A stretch of 32,000 nucleotides of DNA, from assembly GCF_001644705.1 (NCBI RefSeq), contig NZ_CP015137.1:2910001-2942000 (forward strand), in the 5' to 3' direction. The notes below the pieces were generated by a model. That model did no database searches and had not been told where the DNA came from. It saw only the letters and a list, made by a program, of their open reading frames with translations. Made by a program: the position numbers and the translations under genes. Positions 15,877-24,946 of the stretch are shown piece after piece. This DNA comes from Dickeya solani IPO 2222 (GTDB lineage Bacteria > Pseudomonadota > Gammaproteobacteria > Enterobacterales > Enterobacteriaceae). Positions within the stretch are counted from its first letter, which is position 1. Every line of letters starts with the position of its first letter.

Positions 15877-17244
15877 ATGTCCAATACCACTCGTCAGGCT
15901 GACGATGCGGCTCGTCCCGCAGGCGCGCTTGATGCCTTTTTCAAGATTACGCAGCGCGGCAGCAGCGTTCGTCAGGAAGTGCTGGCGGGCCTGACTACTT
16001 TTCTGGCGATGGTTTACTCGGTCATCGTCGTGCCGGGCATGCTGGGTAAAGCCGGTTTTCCGCCGGCGACGGTGTTTGTGGCGACCTGTCTGGTGGCCGG
16101 ATTTGGTTCACTGCTGATGGGGCTGTGGGCCAACCTGCCGATGGCGATCGGTTGTGCGATTTCGCTGACCGCGTTTACCGCCTTCAGTCTGGTGCTGGGT
16201 CAGCACATTAGCGTGCCGGTCGCGCTGGGCGCCATCTTCATGATGGGTGTACTGTTTACCGTGATTTCCGCCACCGGCATCCGCTCCTGGATCCTGCGCA
16301 ACCTGCCGATGGGCGTGGCGCACGGCGCCGGTATTGGTATCGGGTTGTTCCTGCTGATTATTGCCGCCAACGGCATTGGTCTGGTGATTAAAAACCCGAT
16401 CGACGGCTTGCCGGTAGCGCTGGGGCATTTCACCGCGTTTCCGGTGGTGATGTCGCTGATCGGTCTGGCCGCCACCATCGGTCTTGAAAAACGCCGCGTA
16501 CCGGGCGGGATCCTGCTGGTGATCGTCGCTATTTCGGTCATCGGCCTGATTTTTGACCCGAACGTGAAATATCAGGGGCTGTTCGCCCTGCCGAGCCTGA
16601 CCGACGCTAACGGCCAGTCGCTGATTTTCAGTCTTGATATCAAGGGCGCGTTGCAGCCGGCGGTGCTGCCGAGTGTTCTGGCGCTGGTGATGACGGCGGT
16701 GTTTGACGCCACCGGCACCATTCGCGCGGTGGCCGGGCAGGCCAACCTGCTGGACAAAGACGGCCAGATTATCAATGGCGGCCGTGCGCTGACCGCTGAC
16801 TCCGTCAGCAGCATTTTCTCCAGCCTGGTGGGAACATCGCCGGCGGCGGTCTACATTGAATCCGCCGCGGGCACTGCCGCAGGCGGCAAAACTGGCCTGA
16901 CCGCGACCGTGGTCGGCGTGCTGTTCCTGCTGATCCTGTTCCTGTCGCCGCTGTCCTATCTGGTGCCGGCCTATGCGACGGCGCCGGCGCTGATGTATGT
17001 CGGGCTGCTGATGCTGAGCAACGTGTCCAAACTGGATTTCAACGACTTTGTGGATGCAATGTCTGGTCTGGTGTGCGCAGTATTCATCGTGCTGACCTGT
17101 AACATCGTTACCGGCATCATGCTGGGCTTTGGTACGTTGGTGTTGGGTCGCCTGTTTTCTGGCGAGTGGCGCAAGCTGAATGTCGGCACCGTGATTATCG
17201 CCGTGGCGCTGGTGGTGTTTTACGCTGGCGGCTGGGCGCTCTAA
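15877..17244 (+). CDS. ghxP: Guanine/hypoxanthine permease (NCS2/AzgA family), YjcD orthologue
   Basis: 455-aa ORF. Long blocks match my recollection of E. coli GhxP/YjcD, including [37 protein letters not shown], [10 protein letters not shown] and GLWANLP. It is adjacent to yjcE, as in E. coli. Confidence 0.93.
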   Translation: MSNTTRQADDAARPAGALDAFFKITQRGSSVRQEVLAGLTTFLAMVYSVIVVPGMLGKAGFPPATVFVATCLVAGFGSLLMGLWANLPMAIGCAISLTAFTAFSLVLGQHISVPVALGAIFMMGVLFTVISATGIRSWILRNLPMGVAHGAGIGIGLFLLIIAANGIGLVIKNPIDGLPVALGHFTAFPVVMSLIGLAATIGLEKRRVPGGILLVIVAISVIGLIFDPNVKYQGLFALPSLTDANGQSLIFSLDIKGALQPAVLPSVLALVMTAVFDATGTIRAVAGQANLLDKDGQIINGGRALTADSVSSIFSSLVGTSPAAVYIESAAGTAAGGKTGLTATVVGVLFLLILFLSPLSYLVPAYATAPALMYVGLLMLSNVSKLDFNDFVDAMSGLVCAVFIVLTCNIVTGIMLGFGTLVLGRLFSGEWRKLNVGTVIIAVALVVFYAGGWAL

Positions 17245-17268
17245 GCCGTTCGCACCGCATCATGCTCT

Positions 17269-17297
17269 AAGGGGAACCGTGGTTCCCCTTTTTTATT
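17269..17297 (+). terminator. Intrinsic terminator of ghxP
   Basis: AAGGGGAACC-GT-GGTTCCCCTT followed by TTTTATT. Confidence 0.75.
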
Positions 17298-17465
17298 CCT
17301 CTTTTATTTCTCTGTGTCGAAAACACGTTTTTTTTGTCTTCGGTTCCTGTTCATTGCTTTGTATCTTGTTATTATTTAAACAGATCATCCACCGGATGGT
17401 GCTGTCTGCGTCCGATGGCAACTACCCGGCATCCTTTCATGTAACGGCAATCAACCAGGGAACAC

Positions 17466-19112
17466 ATGGAAATATTTTTCACCATTCTGATTATGACGCT
17501 GATCGTTTCTCTTTCTGGCGTGGTGACGCGCATCCTGCCTTTCCAGATACCGTTGCCGTTGATGCAGATTGCACTGGGCGCCATGCTGGCCTGGCCGCAA
17601 TTCGGCCTGCATGTCGACTTCAACCCTGAGCTGTTTATGGTGTTGTTTATCCCGCCGTTGCTGTTCGCCGACGGCTGGAAAACCTCGACCCGCGAATTTC
17701 TGCACCACATGCGTGAAATTCTGGGGTTGGCGCTGGTGCTGGTGGTGATTACCGTGGTGGGTATTGGTTACCTGCTGCACTGGATGATCCCGGAAATGCC
17801 GTTGGTGGCCGCCTTTGCGCTGGCTGCTGTCCTGTCTCCCACCGATGCGGTGGCGCTGTCCGGCATTGTCGGTGAGGACCGGATCCCGAAAAAGCTGATG
17901 GGGATCTTACAGGGCGAGGCGTTAATGAACGACGCCTCGGCGCTGGTGTCGCTCAAGTTTGCGGTGGCGATCGCCATGGGAACTATGGTGTTCACGGTTT
18001 ACGGTGCGACGCTGGCGTTTTTGCAGGTGGCGTTGGGCGGCCTGTTGGCCGGGATCGGCGTCACCTGGGTTTACAGCAAATCCCTGTCGCTGCTTGGTCA
18101 TCAGAACGATGACGATGCCGCTACCCAAATCGTATTACTGCTGCTGTTGCCGTTCGCTTCCTACCTGATCGCCGAGCATTTCGGCGTATCGGGCATTCTG
18201 GCGGCGGTGGCGTCGGGGATGACTATCAGCCGAACCCAGCTGTTGCGACAGGCGCCGCTGAACATGCGGCTGCGTGCCAACGGCGTGTGGAACATGTTGG
18301 AATTTGTGTTCAACGGCATGGTGTTCCTGATGCTGGGGCTGCAACTGCCCGGCGTGATTGAAGAGTCGATTGTGCAGGCGGAATTGGATCCGACCATCGA
18401 AACCTGGATGCTGTTCGCCGACATCACCCTGATCTATTGCGCCTTGCTGTTGTTGCGGTTTGCCTGGCTGTGGCTGATGAAACTCTACAGCCGTTATGTA
18501 CAGAACAAGCGTCCGATGTTGTTTGCCGACTACACCTCGCGCGAGATCTGGATCAGTACCTTTGCCGGCGTTCGGGGCGCCATCACGCTGGCGGGCGTAC
18601 TGTCCATCCCACTGTTTTTGAGCAGCGGCGAGCCGTTCCCGTCCCGCTATCAACTGGTGTTTATCGCCACCGGCGTGATCCTGTTTTCGCTGCTGTGCGG
18701 TGTGATGGCGTTACCGCTGCTGCTGAGGGGCATTACGCTGACCGACCACAGCGTGCAGAAAAAAGAGGAGCGCATCGCGCGGGTGACGATGGCGCAGGTC
18801 GCGATTGATAGCCTGAAAAAAATGCAGGAGCGACTGGCGGCGGACCGGGAAGAGAATCTCGACGATCAGGTGCTGGCGGAGGTGAGCGCCCGCGTCATCG
18901 GTATGTTGCATCGCCGTGTGGCGGGTACCGACGAGCTGGAAAACAACATGGCGGTAGAGAATCTGGAACGGCGCTTTCGTCTGGCCGCCGTCAGCGCGGA
19001 GCGCGCCGAACTGTATCACCTGCGCGCCACGCAGCGCATCAGCAACGAAACACTGCAGAAAATGCTGCGGGAACTGGATTTACTGGAAGCGGTGCTAAGC
19101 GAGAAGGTGTAA
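17466..19112 (+). CDS. yjcE: CPA1-family Na+(K+)/H+ exchanger, YjcE orthologue
   Basis: 548-aa ORF. It is polytopic with about 12 TM segments plus a cytoplasmic tail of about 120 aa. Its size and its position between ghxP and actP match E. coli yjcE. Confidence 0.9.
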   Translation: MEIFFTILIMTLIVSLSGVVTRILPFQIPLPLMQIALGAMLAWPQFGLHVDFNPELFMVLFIPPLLFADGWKTSTREFLHHMREILGLALVLVVITVVGIGYLLHWMIPEMPLVAAFALAAVLSPTDAVALSGIVGEDRIPKKLMGILQGEALMNDASALVSLKFAVAIAMGTMVFTVYGATLAFLQVALGGLLAGIGVTWVYSKSLSLLGHQNDDDAATQIVLLLLLPFASYLIAEHFGVSGILAAVASGMTISRTQLLRQAPLNMRLRANGVWNMLEFVFNGMVFLMLGLQLPGVIEESIVQAELDPTIETWMLFADITLIYCALLLLRFAWLWLMKLYSRYVQNKRPMLFADYTSREIWISTFAGVRGAITLAGVLSIPLFLSSGEPFPSRYQLVFIATGVILFSLLCGVMALPLLLRGITLTDHSVQKKEERIARVTMAQVAIDSLKKMQERLAADREENLDDQVLAEVSARVIGMLHRRVAGTDELENNMAVENLERRFRLAAVSAERAELYHLRATQRISNETLQKMLRELDLLEAVLSEKV

Positions 19113-19136
19113 AAAACCGGGGAGCGCGCTCCCCGG
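19113..19136 (-). terminator. Bidirectional terminator between yjcE and actP (U-run on the actP side)
   Basis: Perfect 20-nt palindrome CCGGGGAGCG/CGCTCCCCGG at 19117-19136. An A-run sits on the plus-strand 5' side, so the minus-strand transcript ends in a hairpin followed by UUUUU(U). Confidence 0.65.
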
Positions 19137-19157
19137 CTATCGTTAGTGTGATTGATT

Positions 19158-20816
19158 TCAGTGAGATGACCCTTTGGATATACCAAGGCCGGTTTGCGAA
19201 CGGATGAACTGCGCCTTGAACTTGCCGCGTTCTTCGACGGCGTTGGCTGAATTGTCGGTAATCGAGAAAAACCAGATACCGATAAAGGCCACCAGCATTG
19301 AGAACAGCGCCGGGTATTCATACGGGTAAATCGGGCTGGCGTGACCGAGGATTTTCACCCAGATGGTTGGCCCCAGAATCATCAGGATTATCGCCGTCAA
19401 CAGCCCGGCCCAGCCGCCGATCATGGCGCCGCGGGTGGTCAGTTTGGACCAGTACATCGACAGCAGGATAATCGGGAAGTTACAGCTGGCGGCAATCGAG
19501 AACGCCAGCCCCACCATAAAGGCGATATTCTGGTTTTCGAACAGAATCCCCAGCAGGATGGCGACCACCCCCAACGCCAGCACCGTGAGTTTTGACACCT
19601 TAAGTTCGTCGCGCTCGGTAGCCTGACCCTGCTTGATGACGTTCGAATACAGGTCATGAGATACGGCTGAGGCGCCGGCCAGCGTCAGCCCGGCGACCAC
19701 CGCCAGAATGGTGGCGAAGGCCACCGCGGAGATAAAACCGAGGAAGAAGTTGCCGCCCACGGCGTTAGCCAGATGTATCGCCGCCATGTTGTTGCCGCCG
19801 ATCAGCGCGCCGGCGGCGTCTTTGAACGCCGGGTTCGCGCCCACCAGCAAGATTGCGCCGAAACCGATGATGAAGGTCAGGAAGTAGAAATACCCCATGA
19901 ACCCGGTGGCAAAGAACACGCTTTTGCGCGCTTCACGGGCATCGCTGACGGTGAAGAAACGCATCAGGATATGCGGCAGGCCGGCGGTGCCGAACATCAG
20001 CCCCAGCCCGAGAGACAGCGCAGAAATCGGGTCGGACACCAGTCCGCCGGGTTTCATGATTGCGATACCTTTCGCGTGAACCTTGGTCGCTTCGGTGAAC
20101 AGGCTATCGAAGCTGAAGTTAACCGTTTTCAGCACCATGATCGCCATGAAGGTGGCGCCGCACAGCAACAATACCGCCTTGATGATTTGTACCCAGGTGG
20201 TGGCCAGCATGCCGCCGAACAGTACGTACATCACCATCAGAATACCGACCAGCACCACCGCGATATGGTAGTTCAGCCCGAACAGTAACTGAATGAGCTT
20301 GCCGGCGCCCACCATCTGGGCAATCAGGTACAGCGCCACCACCACCAGCGAACCGCAGGCGGACAGCGTACGAATCGGTTTTTGCTGCAACCGGTAAGAA
20401 GCCACGTCGGCGAAGGTGTAGCGGCCCAGATTGCGCAGCCGTTCCGCAATCAGGAACAGAATGATCGGCCAGCCGACCAGAAAGCCGAGCGAGTAGATCA
20501 GGCCGTCAAAGCCGGACGTGTACACCAGCGCCGAAATGCCGAGGAACGACGCCGCGGACATGTAGTCGCCGGCAATCGCCAACCCATTCTGAAAGCCGGT
20601 GATATTGCCGCCTGCGGTGTAGTAATCGCTGCGTGAACGGGTGCGTTTGGACGCCCAGTAGGTGATGTAGAGCGTCGCCGCCACGAACAGCACAAACAGT
20701 GCGATGGCCTGAATATTCAGCGGTTGCTTCTGGACGTTGCCGGAAACGGCATCCGCCGCCTGCGCCCATATCGGTAACCCCAGCAACGCGGTCGACAGAA
20801 AAATGCGGCTTTTCAT
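19158..20816 (-). CDS. actP: Cation/acetate symporter ActP (SSS family)
   Basis: 552-aa ORF. N-terminal signal-like segment, SSS-family motifs, ATGA overlap with yjcH, and the conserved acs-yjcH-actP operon order. Confidence 0.95.
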   Translation of the reverse strand: MKSRIFLSTALLGLPIWAQAADAVSGNVQKQPLNIQAIALFVLFVAATLYITYWASKRTRSRSDYYTAGGNITGFQNGLAIAGDYMSAASFLGISALVYTSGFDGLIYSLGFLVGWPIILFLIAERLRNLGRYTFADVASYRLQQKPIRTLSACGSLVVVALYLIAQMVGAGKLIQLLFGLNYHIAVVLVGILMVMYVLFGGMLATTWVQIIKAVLLLCGATFMAIMVLKTVNFSFDSLFTEATKVHAKGIAIMKPGGLVSDPISALSLGLGLMFGTAGLPHILMRFFTVSDAREARKSVFFATGFMGYFYFLTFIIGFGAILLVGANPAFKDAAGALIGGNNMAAIHLANAVGGNFFLGFISAVAFATILAVVAGLTLAGASAVSHDLYSNVIKQGQATERDELKVSKLTVLALGVVAILLGILFENQNIAFMVGLAFSIAASCNFPIILLSMYWSKLTTRGAMIGGWAGLLTAIILMILGPTIWVKILGHASPIYPYEYPALFSMLVAFIGIWFFSITDNSANAVEERGKFKAQFIRSQTGLGISKGSSH

Positions 20817-21124
20817 TTTTGTACCTCATCCAGCAATGTCTTGGTCAGGCGGTCAAATTCGCCATTGGCGCGGTAGACATAAATACCGGTAAGCACAAAG
20901 GAGATGATGATGAGCCCAATGCCCAACGGGATGCCGCGGGTCGTCCCCGCGCCGGGCGCGATCGGCGTACCCAGCCAGCCCGGTGCAAAGGCAATCAGCA
21001 GAATGAAACCGACGTACAACACCAGCATGATCAGCGAAAGAAAGGCGGCAAAACGCTGCCGTTTCTGGACCAGTTCTTTAAATAGCGGGTTATCTTCAAT
21101 CCGTTGATAAATGAGATCATTCAT
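20813..21124 (-). CDS. yjcH: DUF485 inner-membrane protein YjcH
   Basis: The ORF is open to 21190. I call the ATG at 21124 ([25 protein letters not shown]...), giving 103 aa, collinear with the roughly 104-aa E. coli YjcH ([15 protein letters not shown]..., recalled). The adjacent ATG at 21127 is an equally possible start. Confidence 0.9.
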   Translation of the reverse strand: MNDLIYQRIEDNPLFKELVQKRQRFAAFLSLIMLVLYVGFILLIAFAPGWLGTPIAPGAGTTRGIPLGIGLIIISFVLTGIYVYRANGEFDRLTKTLLDEVQK

Positions 21125-21189
21125 CATAAATCTCCAGTCAGATAAGTCGCGTCGGCCTTGCGGGCGACTGTTTTTCAGGTGCCACCACA

Positions 21190-21216
21190 CACCAGACGGC
21201 GTAATGCGGTCTGGTG
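21190..21216 (-). other. Intercistronic stem-loop between acs and yjcH
   Basis: CACCAGAC-11 nt-GTCTGGTG (8-bp stem), with no U-tract. A second 6-bp stem (AGTCGC...GCGACT) lies nearer yjcH. It may be a processing or stability element rather than a terminator. Confidence 0.3.
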
Positions 21217-21243
21217 CGGCGGCGTGGTTTTATCGGATGACGG

Positions 21244-23205
21244 TCAAGGTGACGTGTGACTCATGGCTTGTTTTTCTTCCAGCAGTTTCTCTACCACGCC
21301 AGGATCGGCGAGGGTAGAGATATCCCCCAGATTGCTGGTATCTCCGGCGGCAATCTTGCGCAGAATACGCCGCATGATTTTGCCGGATCGGGTTTTCGGT
21401 AACGCATCGGTCCAGTGCAGGATATCCGGGGTGGCGATGGAGCCGATCTCTTTGCGCACCCAGTTGCGTACTTCGGTATACAGCTCGCTGGTAGGCTCTT
21501 CGCCGTGATTCAGGGTGATGTAGGCATAGATCGCCTGCCCCTTGATACTGTGCGGAATGCCGACCACCGCCGCTTCGGCGATTTTCGGGTGTGAAACCAA
21601 CGCCGATTCGATTTCCGCGGTTCCGAGACGGTGACCGGAGACATTCAGCACATCGTCCACACGGCCGGTGATCCAGTAATAGCCGTCTTCGTCGCGCCGC
21701 GCGCCGTCGCCGCTGAAATACATGCCTTTGAAGGTGGAGAAATAGGTCTGCTCAAAGCGCTCATGGTCGCCAAACAACGTACGCGCCTGACCAGGCCAGG
21801 AGTCGGTAATCACCAGATTGCCTTCGCAGGCGCCGTCCTGTGGGTTACCGAGGTTGTCCACCAATGCCGGTTGCACCCCGAAGAACGGCAACGTCGCCGA
21901 ACCCGGTTTGGCTTCAATCGCGCCGGGCAGCGGCGTGATCATGAATCCTCCGGTTTCCGTCTGCCACCAGGTGTCGACGATCGGGCAGCGGCTATTGCCG
22001 ATTTTCTTGAAGTACCATTCCCAGGCTTCCGGGTTGATGGGTTCCCCCACCGAGCCCATGATTTTGAGCGACTGGCGCGAGGTGCCTTCAATCGCCTTGT
22101 CGCCGTCCGCCATCAGCGCGCGAATGGCGGTGGGCGCGGTATACAGGATATTGACTTGATGTTTGTCCACCACCTGTCCCATACGGCTGGCTGTAGGCCA
22201 GTTAGGCACGCCTTCAAACATCAGCGTGATGGCGCCGCAGGCCAGCGGGCCGTACAACAGGTAGCTATGACCCGTCACCCAGCCGACGTCGGCGGTACAC
22301 CAGTAAACGTCGCCGGGGTGGTAATCGAACACATATTTAAAGGTGGCGGCGGCGTATACCAGATAGCCGCCGGTGGTGTGCAGCACCCCTTTCGGTTTAC
22401 CGGTGGAGCCGGAGGTATACAGGATAAACAGCGGATCTTCGGCGTTCATTTCTTCCGGCGGGCAATGATCGTCCACCTGGGCGATCAACTCGTGCCACCA
22501 CAGATCCCGATCGTTTTGCCAGTTGCCGGGATTGCCGGTGCGCCGGAATACGATCACATGGTTGACGCTGGTGACCGCCGGGTTGCGCAGGGCTTCGTCA
22601 ATGTTCTTTTTCAGCGGAATCGCCCGCCCGGCGCGAATACCTTCATCGGCGGTGACCACCAGTTTGGCGTTGGAGTCGACAATACGACCGGCGATGGACT
22701 CCGGGGAAAATCCGCCGAAGATCACCGAATGCACGGCGCCGACGCGGGCGCAGGCCAGCATCGCCACGGCGGCTTCCGGCACCATCGGCATATAAATAGC
22801 GACCACATCGCCTTTACGGATGCCTTTGGATTTCAGTACGTTGGCAAAACGGCAAACCGCCTGATACAGCTCGCGGTAGGTGACTTTTTTGCTTTCTCCG
22901 GCGTCGTCGCCTTCCCAGATGATCGCAGTTTGATCACCCAACGTGTCGAGATGGCGATCGAGGCAGTTGGCCGCTACATTTAATGTACCGTCCTCGAACC
23001 AGCGGATATGCACATGGCCCGGGTCAAAAGAGGTGTTTTTGACCTGCTGATAGGGTTTGATCCAATCAACGATCTTGCCTTGTTTCCGCCAGAAGGAATC
23101 AGGATCCTGCACCGATTCCTGATACATCTTTTTATATTGTTCGGCGGTGATTAAGGCGTTTTCCGCAATGGCGGTGGGTATAGGGTGTTTATTATATTGG
23201 CTCAT
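21244..23205 (-). CDS. acs: Acetyl-CoA synthetase (AMP-forming)
   Basis: 653-aa ORF with the AMP-binding signature [11 protein letters not shown], a C-terminal SGKIMRR, and an AAGGAG SD. Confidence 0.97.
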   Translation of the reverse strand: MSQYNKHPIPTAIAENALITAEQYKKMYQESVQDPDSFWRKQGKIVDWIKPYQQVKNTSFDPGHVHIRWFEDGTLNVAANCLDRHLDTLGDQTAIIWEGDDAGESKKVTYRELYQAVCRFANVLKSKGIRKGDVVAIYMPMVPEAAVAMLACARVGAVHSVIFGGFSPESIAGRIVDSNAKLVVTADEGIRAGRAIPLKKNIDEALRNPAVTSVNHVIVFRRTGNPGNWQNDRDLWWHELIAQVDDHCPPEEMNAEDPLFILYTSGSTGKPKGVLHTTGGYLVYAAATFKYVFDYHPGDVYWCTADVGWVTGHSYLLYGPLACGAITLMFEGVPNWPTASRMGQVVDKHQVNILYTAPTAIRALMADGDKAIEGTSRQSLKIMGSVGEPINPEAWEWYFKKIGNSRCPIVDTWWQTETGGFMITPLPGAIEAKPGSATLPFFGVQPALVDNLGNPQDGACEGNLVITDSWPGQARTLFGDHERFEQTYFSTFKGMYFSGDGARRDEDGYYWITGRVDDVLNVSGHRLGTAEIESALVSHPKIAEAAVVGIPHSIKGQAIYAYITLNHGEEPTSELYTEVRNWVRKEIGSIATPDILHWTDALPKTRSGKIMRRILRKIAAGDTSNLGDISTLADPGVVEKLLEEKQAMSHTSP

Positions 23206-23284
23206 AGCGCTTCTCCTTAAACGTTGTTAATATTATGTCAACCAATGGTTAATAACAGTGAGCCATTAACATTTGTTTCTTTTT

Positions 23285-23300
23285 TGCGCGATGGATCACG
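23285..23300. promoter_or_regulatory. Proximal CRP-like site upstream of acs
   Basis: TGCGC-GATGGA-TCACG, with two half-site mismatches. Its centre is 23292.5, about 58 bp upstream of a CATAAT -10 candidate (minus strand, 23237-23232). That places it near -67 to -70, comparable with the reported E. coli acsP2 CRP I position (-69.5). Confidence 0.35.
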
Positions 23301-23391
23301 CATTGGAGGAAAGAGCTGAGACATTTGCCTTTAAGGATAGTCTTAGATTGGCGGCGGCATGGGCAGGAGGCCGCTAAAGCACACAATTTTA

Positions 23392-23407
23392 TGCGACTTT
23401 GCTCACA
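23392..23407. promoter_or_regulatory. Distal CRP-like site upstream of acs
   Basis: TGCGA-CTTTGC-TCACA, a better match flanked by TTTTA and TTTTT. Its centre is 23399.5, 107 bp from the proximal site. Confidence 0.4.
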
Positions 23408-23963
23408 TTTTTGTTACCTATATGTCATTCTTCGGATTTGTAAAGGGAATAGTTAATGAAAATGACTATTTCATCGACATTAACTATCATTAATAAGAAT
23501 TCGATCGGACGATATGATCAAACAAGCAAAAGATCGCCCTTATTTGAACGATCGACTTCCGGCGAAAGCGGATATAGTGCTAACGATCCTTAAAAAAGTG
23601 ACATTTAATGCCCCCATTTCGTTACAAAATTGTTTTAATTGTAAGCGATTTGTGGGTAATAAATGGGCTGATTATTGTGATAGATAATTTCGACTTTCAG
23701 TCCGCCGGAAGGCATGAGATATAATTTGCCAAAGTATAATATCTATATTGTTTGGACTGCATAATAACGCAGGAAATTAAATTCTTGCTCAGAATGCCCT
23801 TTGTCCTGGTTGGTTGAATTCTAATTATATCAACGGTTTAATTATTGCATTTACCAGGTAATTTATCTGGTTGACTTTAAAACTATCCCCGGACTCCCCG
23901 AGCTGTCCACATTTAGATAGCTTCAGGTGGGATAGATTTCACATAGCAAGAAGCAGAGGACAT

Positions 23964-24356
23964 ATGAGTCTGATATTTGGGCAGAATGAAATCATGAGTA
24001 TGTTAAGCACCCCTGTTCACAATGACAGACGCGCGATTGCAGTCATTGATGAAAAATGCAAGATACTCTGCGCGAATTCCGCATTTAATGCACATTTTGG
24101 TTTGCGTACCGGCACCGCCACGCCTGCTTCCATTGACGAAGTGCTGCCGGTTAATGTCCGGTTCGCGTATCAGGATTTCATGACCAACAGCGATCTGCTC
24201 AGCACGCATGTCGCCTGGGATCTACTGTCTGACGGGTTTGCTAAAAGGCCGCTCAGTACGCTCTCGTTTTCTAAGTTGAATGTGGAAGATAGGGTATTGT
24301 CGCTGTTAATTCTCAACCAGGATGAGGGTGACATCACTACCACCATGGCGTCATGA
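23964..24356 (+). CDS. Stand-alone PAS-like domain protein (hypothetical)
   Basis: The track ORF starts at a TTG at 23871. I prefer the ATG at 23964 (MSLIFGQNEIMSML...), giving 130 aa, with an AGAGGA SD at the short spacing of about 3-4 nt. The stretch RRAIAVIDEKCKILCANSAFNAHFG has the PAS A-beta/B-beta pattern. There is no output domain, and the gene is embedded in AT-rich DNA. Confidence 0.55.
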   Translation: MSLIFGQNEIMSMLSTPVHNDRRAIAVIDEKCKILCANSAFNAHFGLRTGTATPASIDEVLPVNVRFAYQDFMTNSDLLSTHVAWDLLSDGFAKRPLSTLSFSKLNVEDRVLSLLILNQDEGDITTTMAS

Positions 24357-24946
24357 AACCAGATGTCCGGAAATTAAACGTACACCTTATCAATTCATTC
24401 ATTGGTGTGATTTTCTTGTGTTTTCATGCTGGCTATAAACATTCATATTGACGATAGCGTTATTCTCTCTTTTTGTGTTGTTTTTATATCGATACGTTTC
24501 GATACCTCATTCCACGCCCAAACTAATAACAAATCCATATTTAAATACACTTCTTAGCATTAAGTGTCTTTTTTCTATATCTCATAATAAATTGGGCAAC
24601 AGCAAAAGATTCCTTTTTTACGCACTTTTAATAATGGCGATATGACGCTGCGAGGCTAATTATTCGCGGCTGGCCCTGATTATTCTGTCGAATATCGCGG
24701 TGCTACGGGCGCGTTATTCCCATTTGTCGTGGCGCGGCTGCCTGTTGAATCAGCGGCCGCGCAGAAATTTTTTTGATCGGCGGTTCCCTTTTGGCGTGGC
24801 GGGTTTGGCATAGCAATCAGGTGGTGCCTGGGACGTGATGCGGTCGTGTCCCTGAGCGATGCATGAGTGCGGTGAAATAGACACTGCCAACGGCGTTACA
24901 GACCACATGATTGATGCCAAAAATTCGATACTGAAGGGGAATCACT

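Noticed and set aside
24448-24645. 65-aa ORF MTIALFSLFVLFLYRYVSIPH... in the AT-rich island
   Set aside because: It starts at a non-ATG codon, has no SD, and has a Leu/Phe/Ile composition driven by AT-rich DNA. It is probably not coding.
24806-24821. Sigma54-like TGGCAT motif upstream of the receptor
   Set aside because: The -12 element is missing (TCAGG where TTGCA is expected), and no nearby enhancer-binding protein gene is present.
24900-24946. Fur box upstream of the TonB-dependent receptor, with a second candidate at 24679-24697
   Set aside because: The best alignments to GATAATGATAATCATTATC reach only about 7 and 11 of 19 matches, which does not convince.
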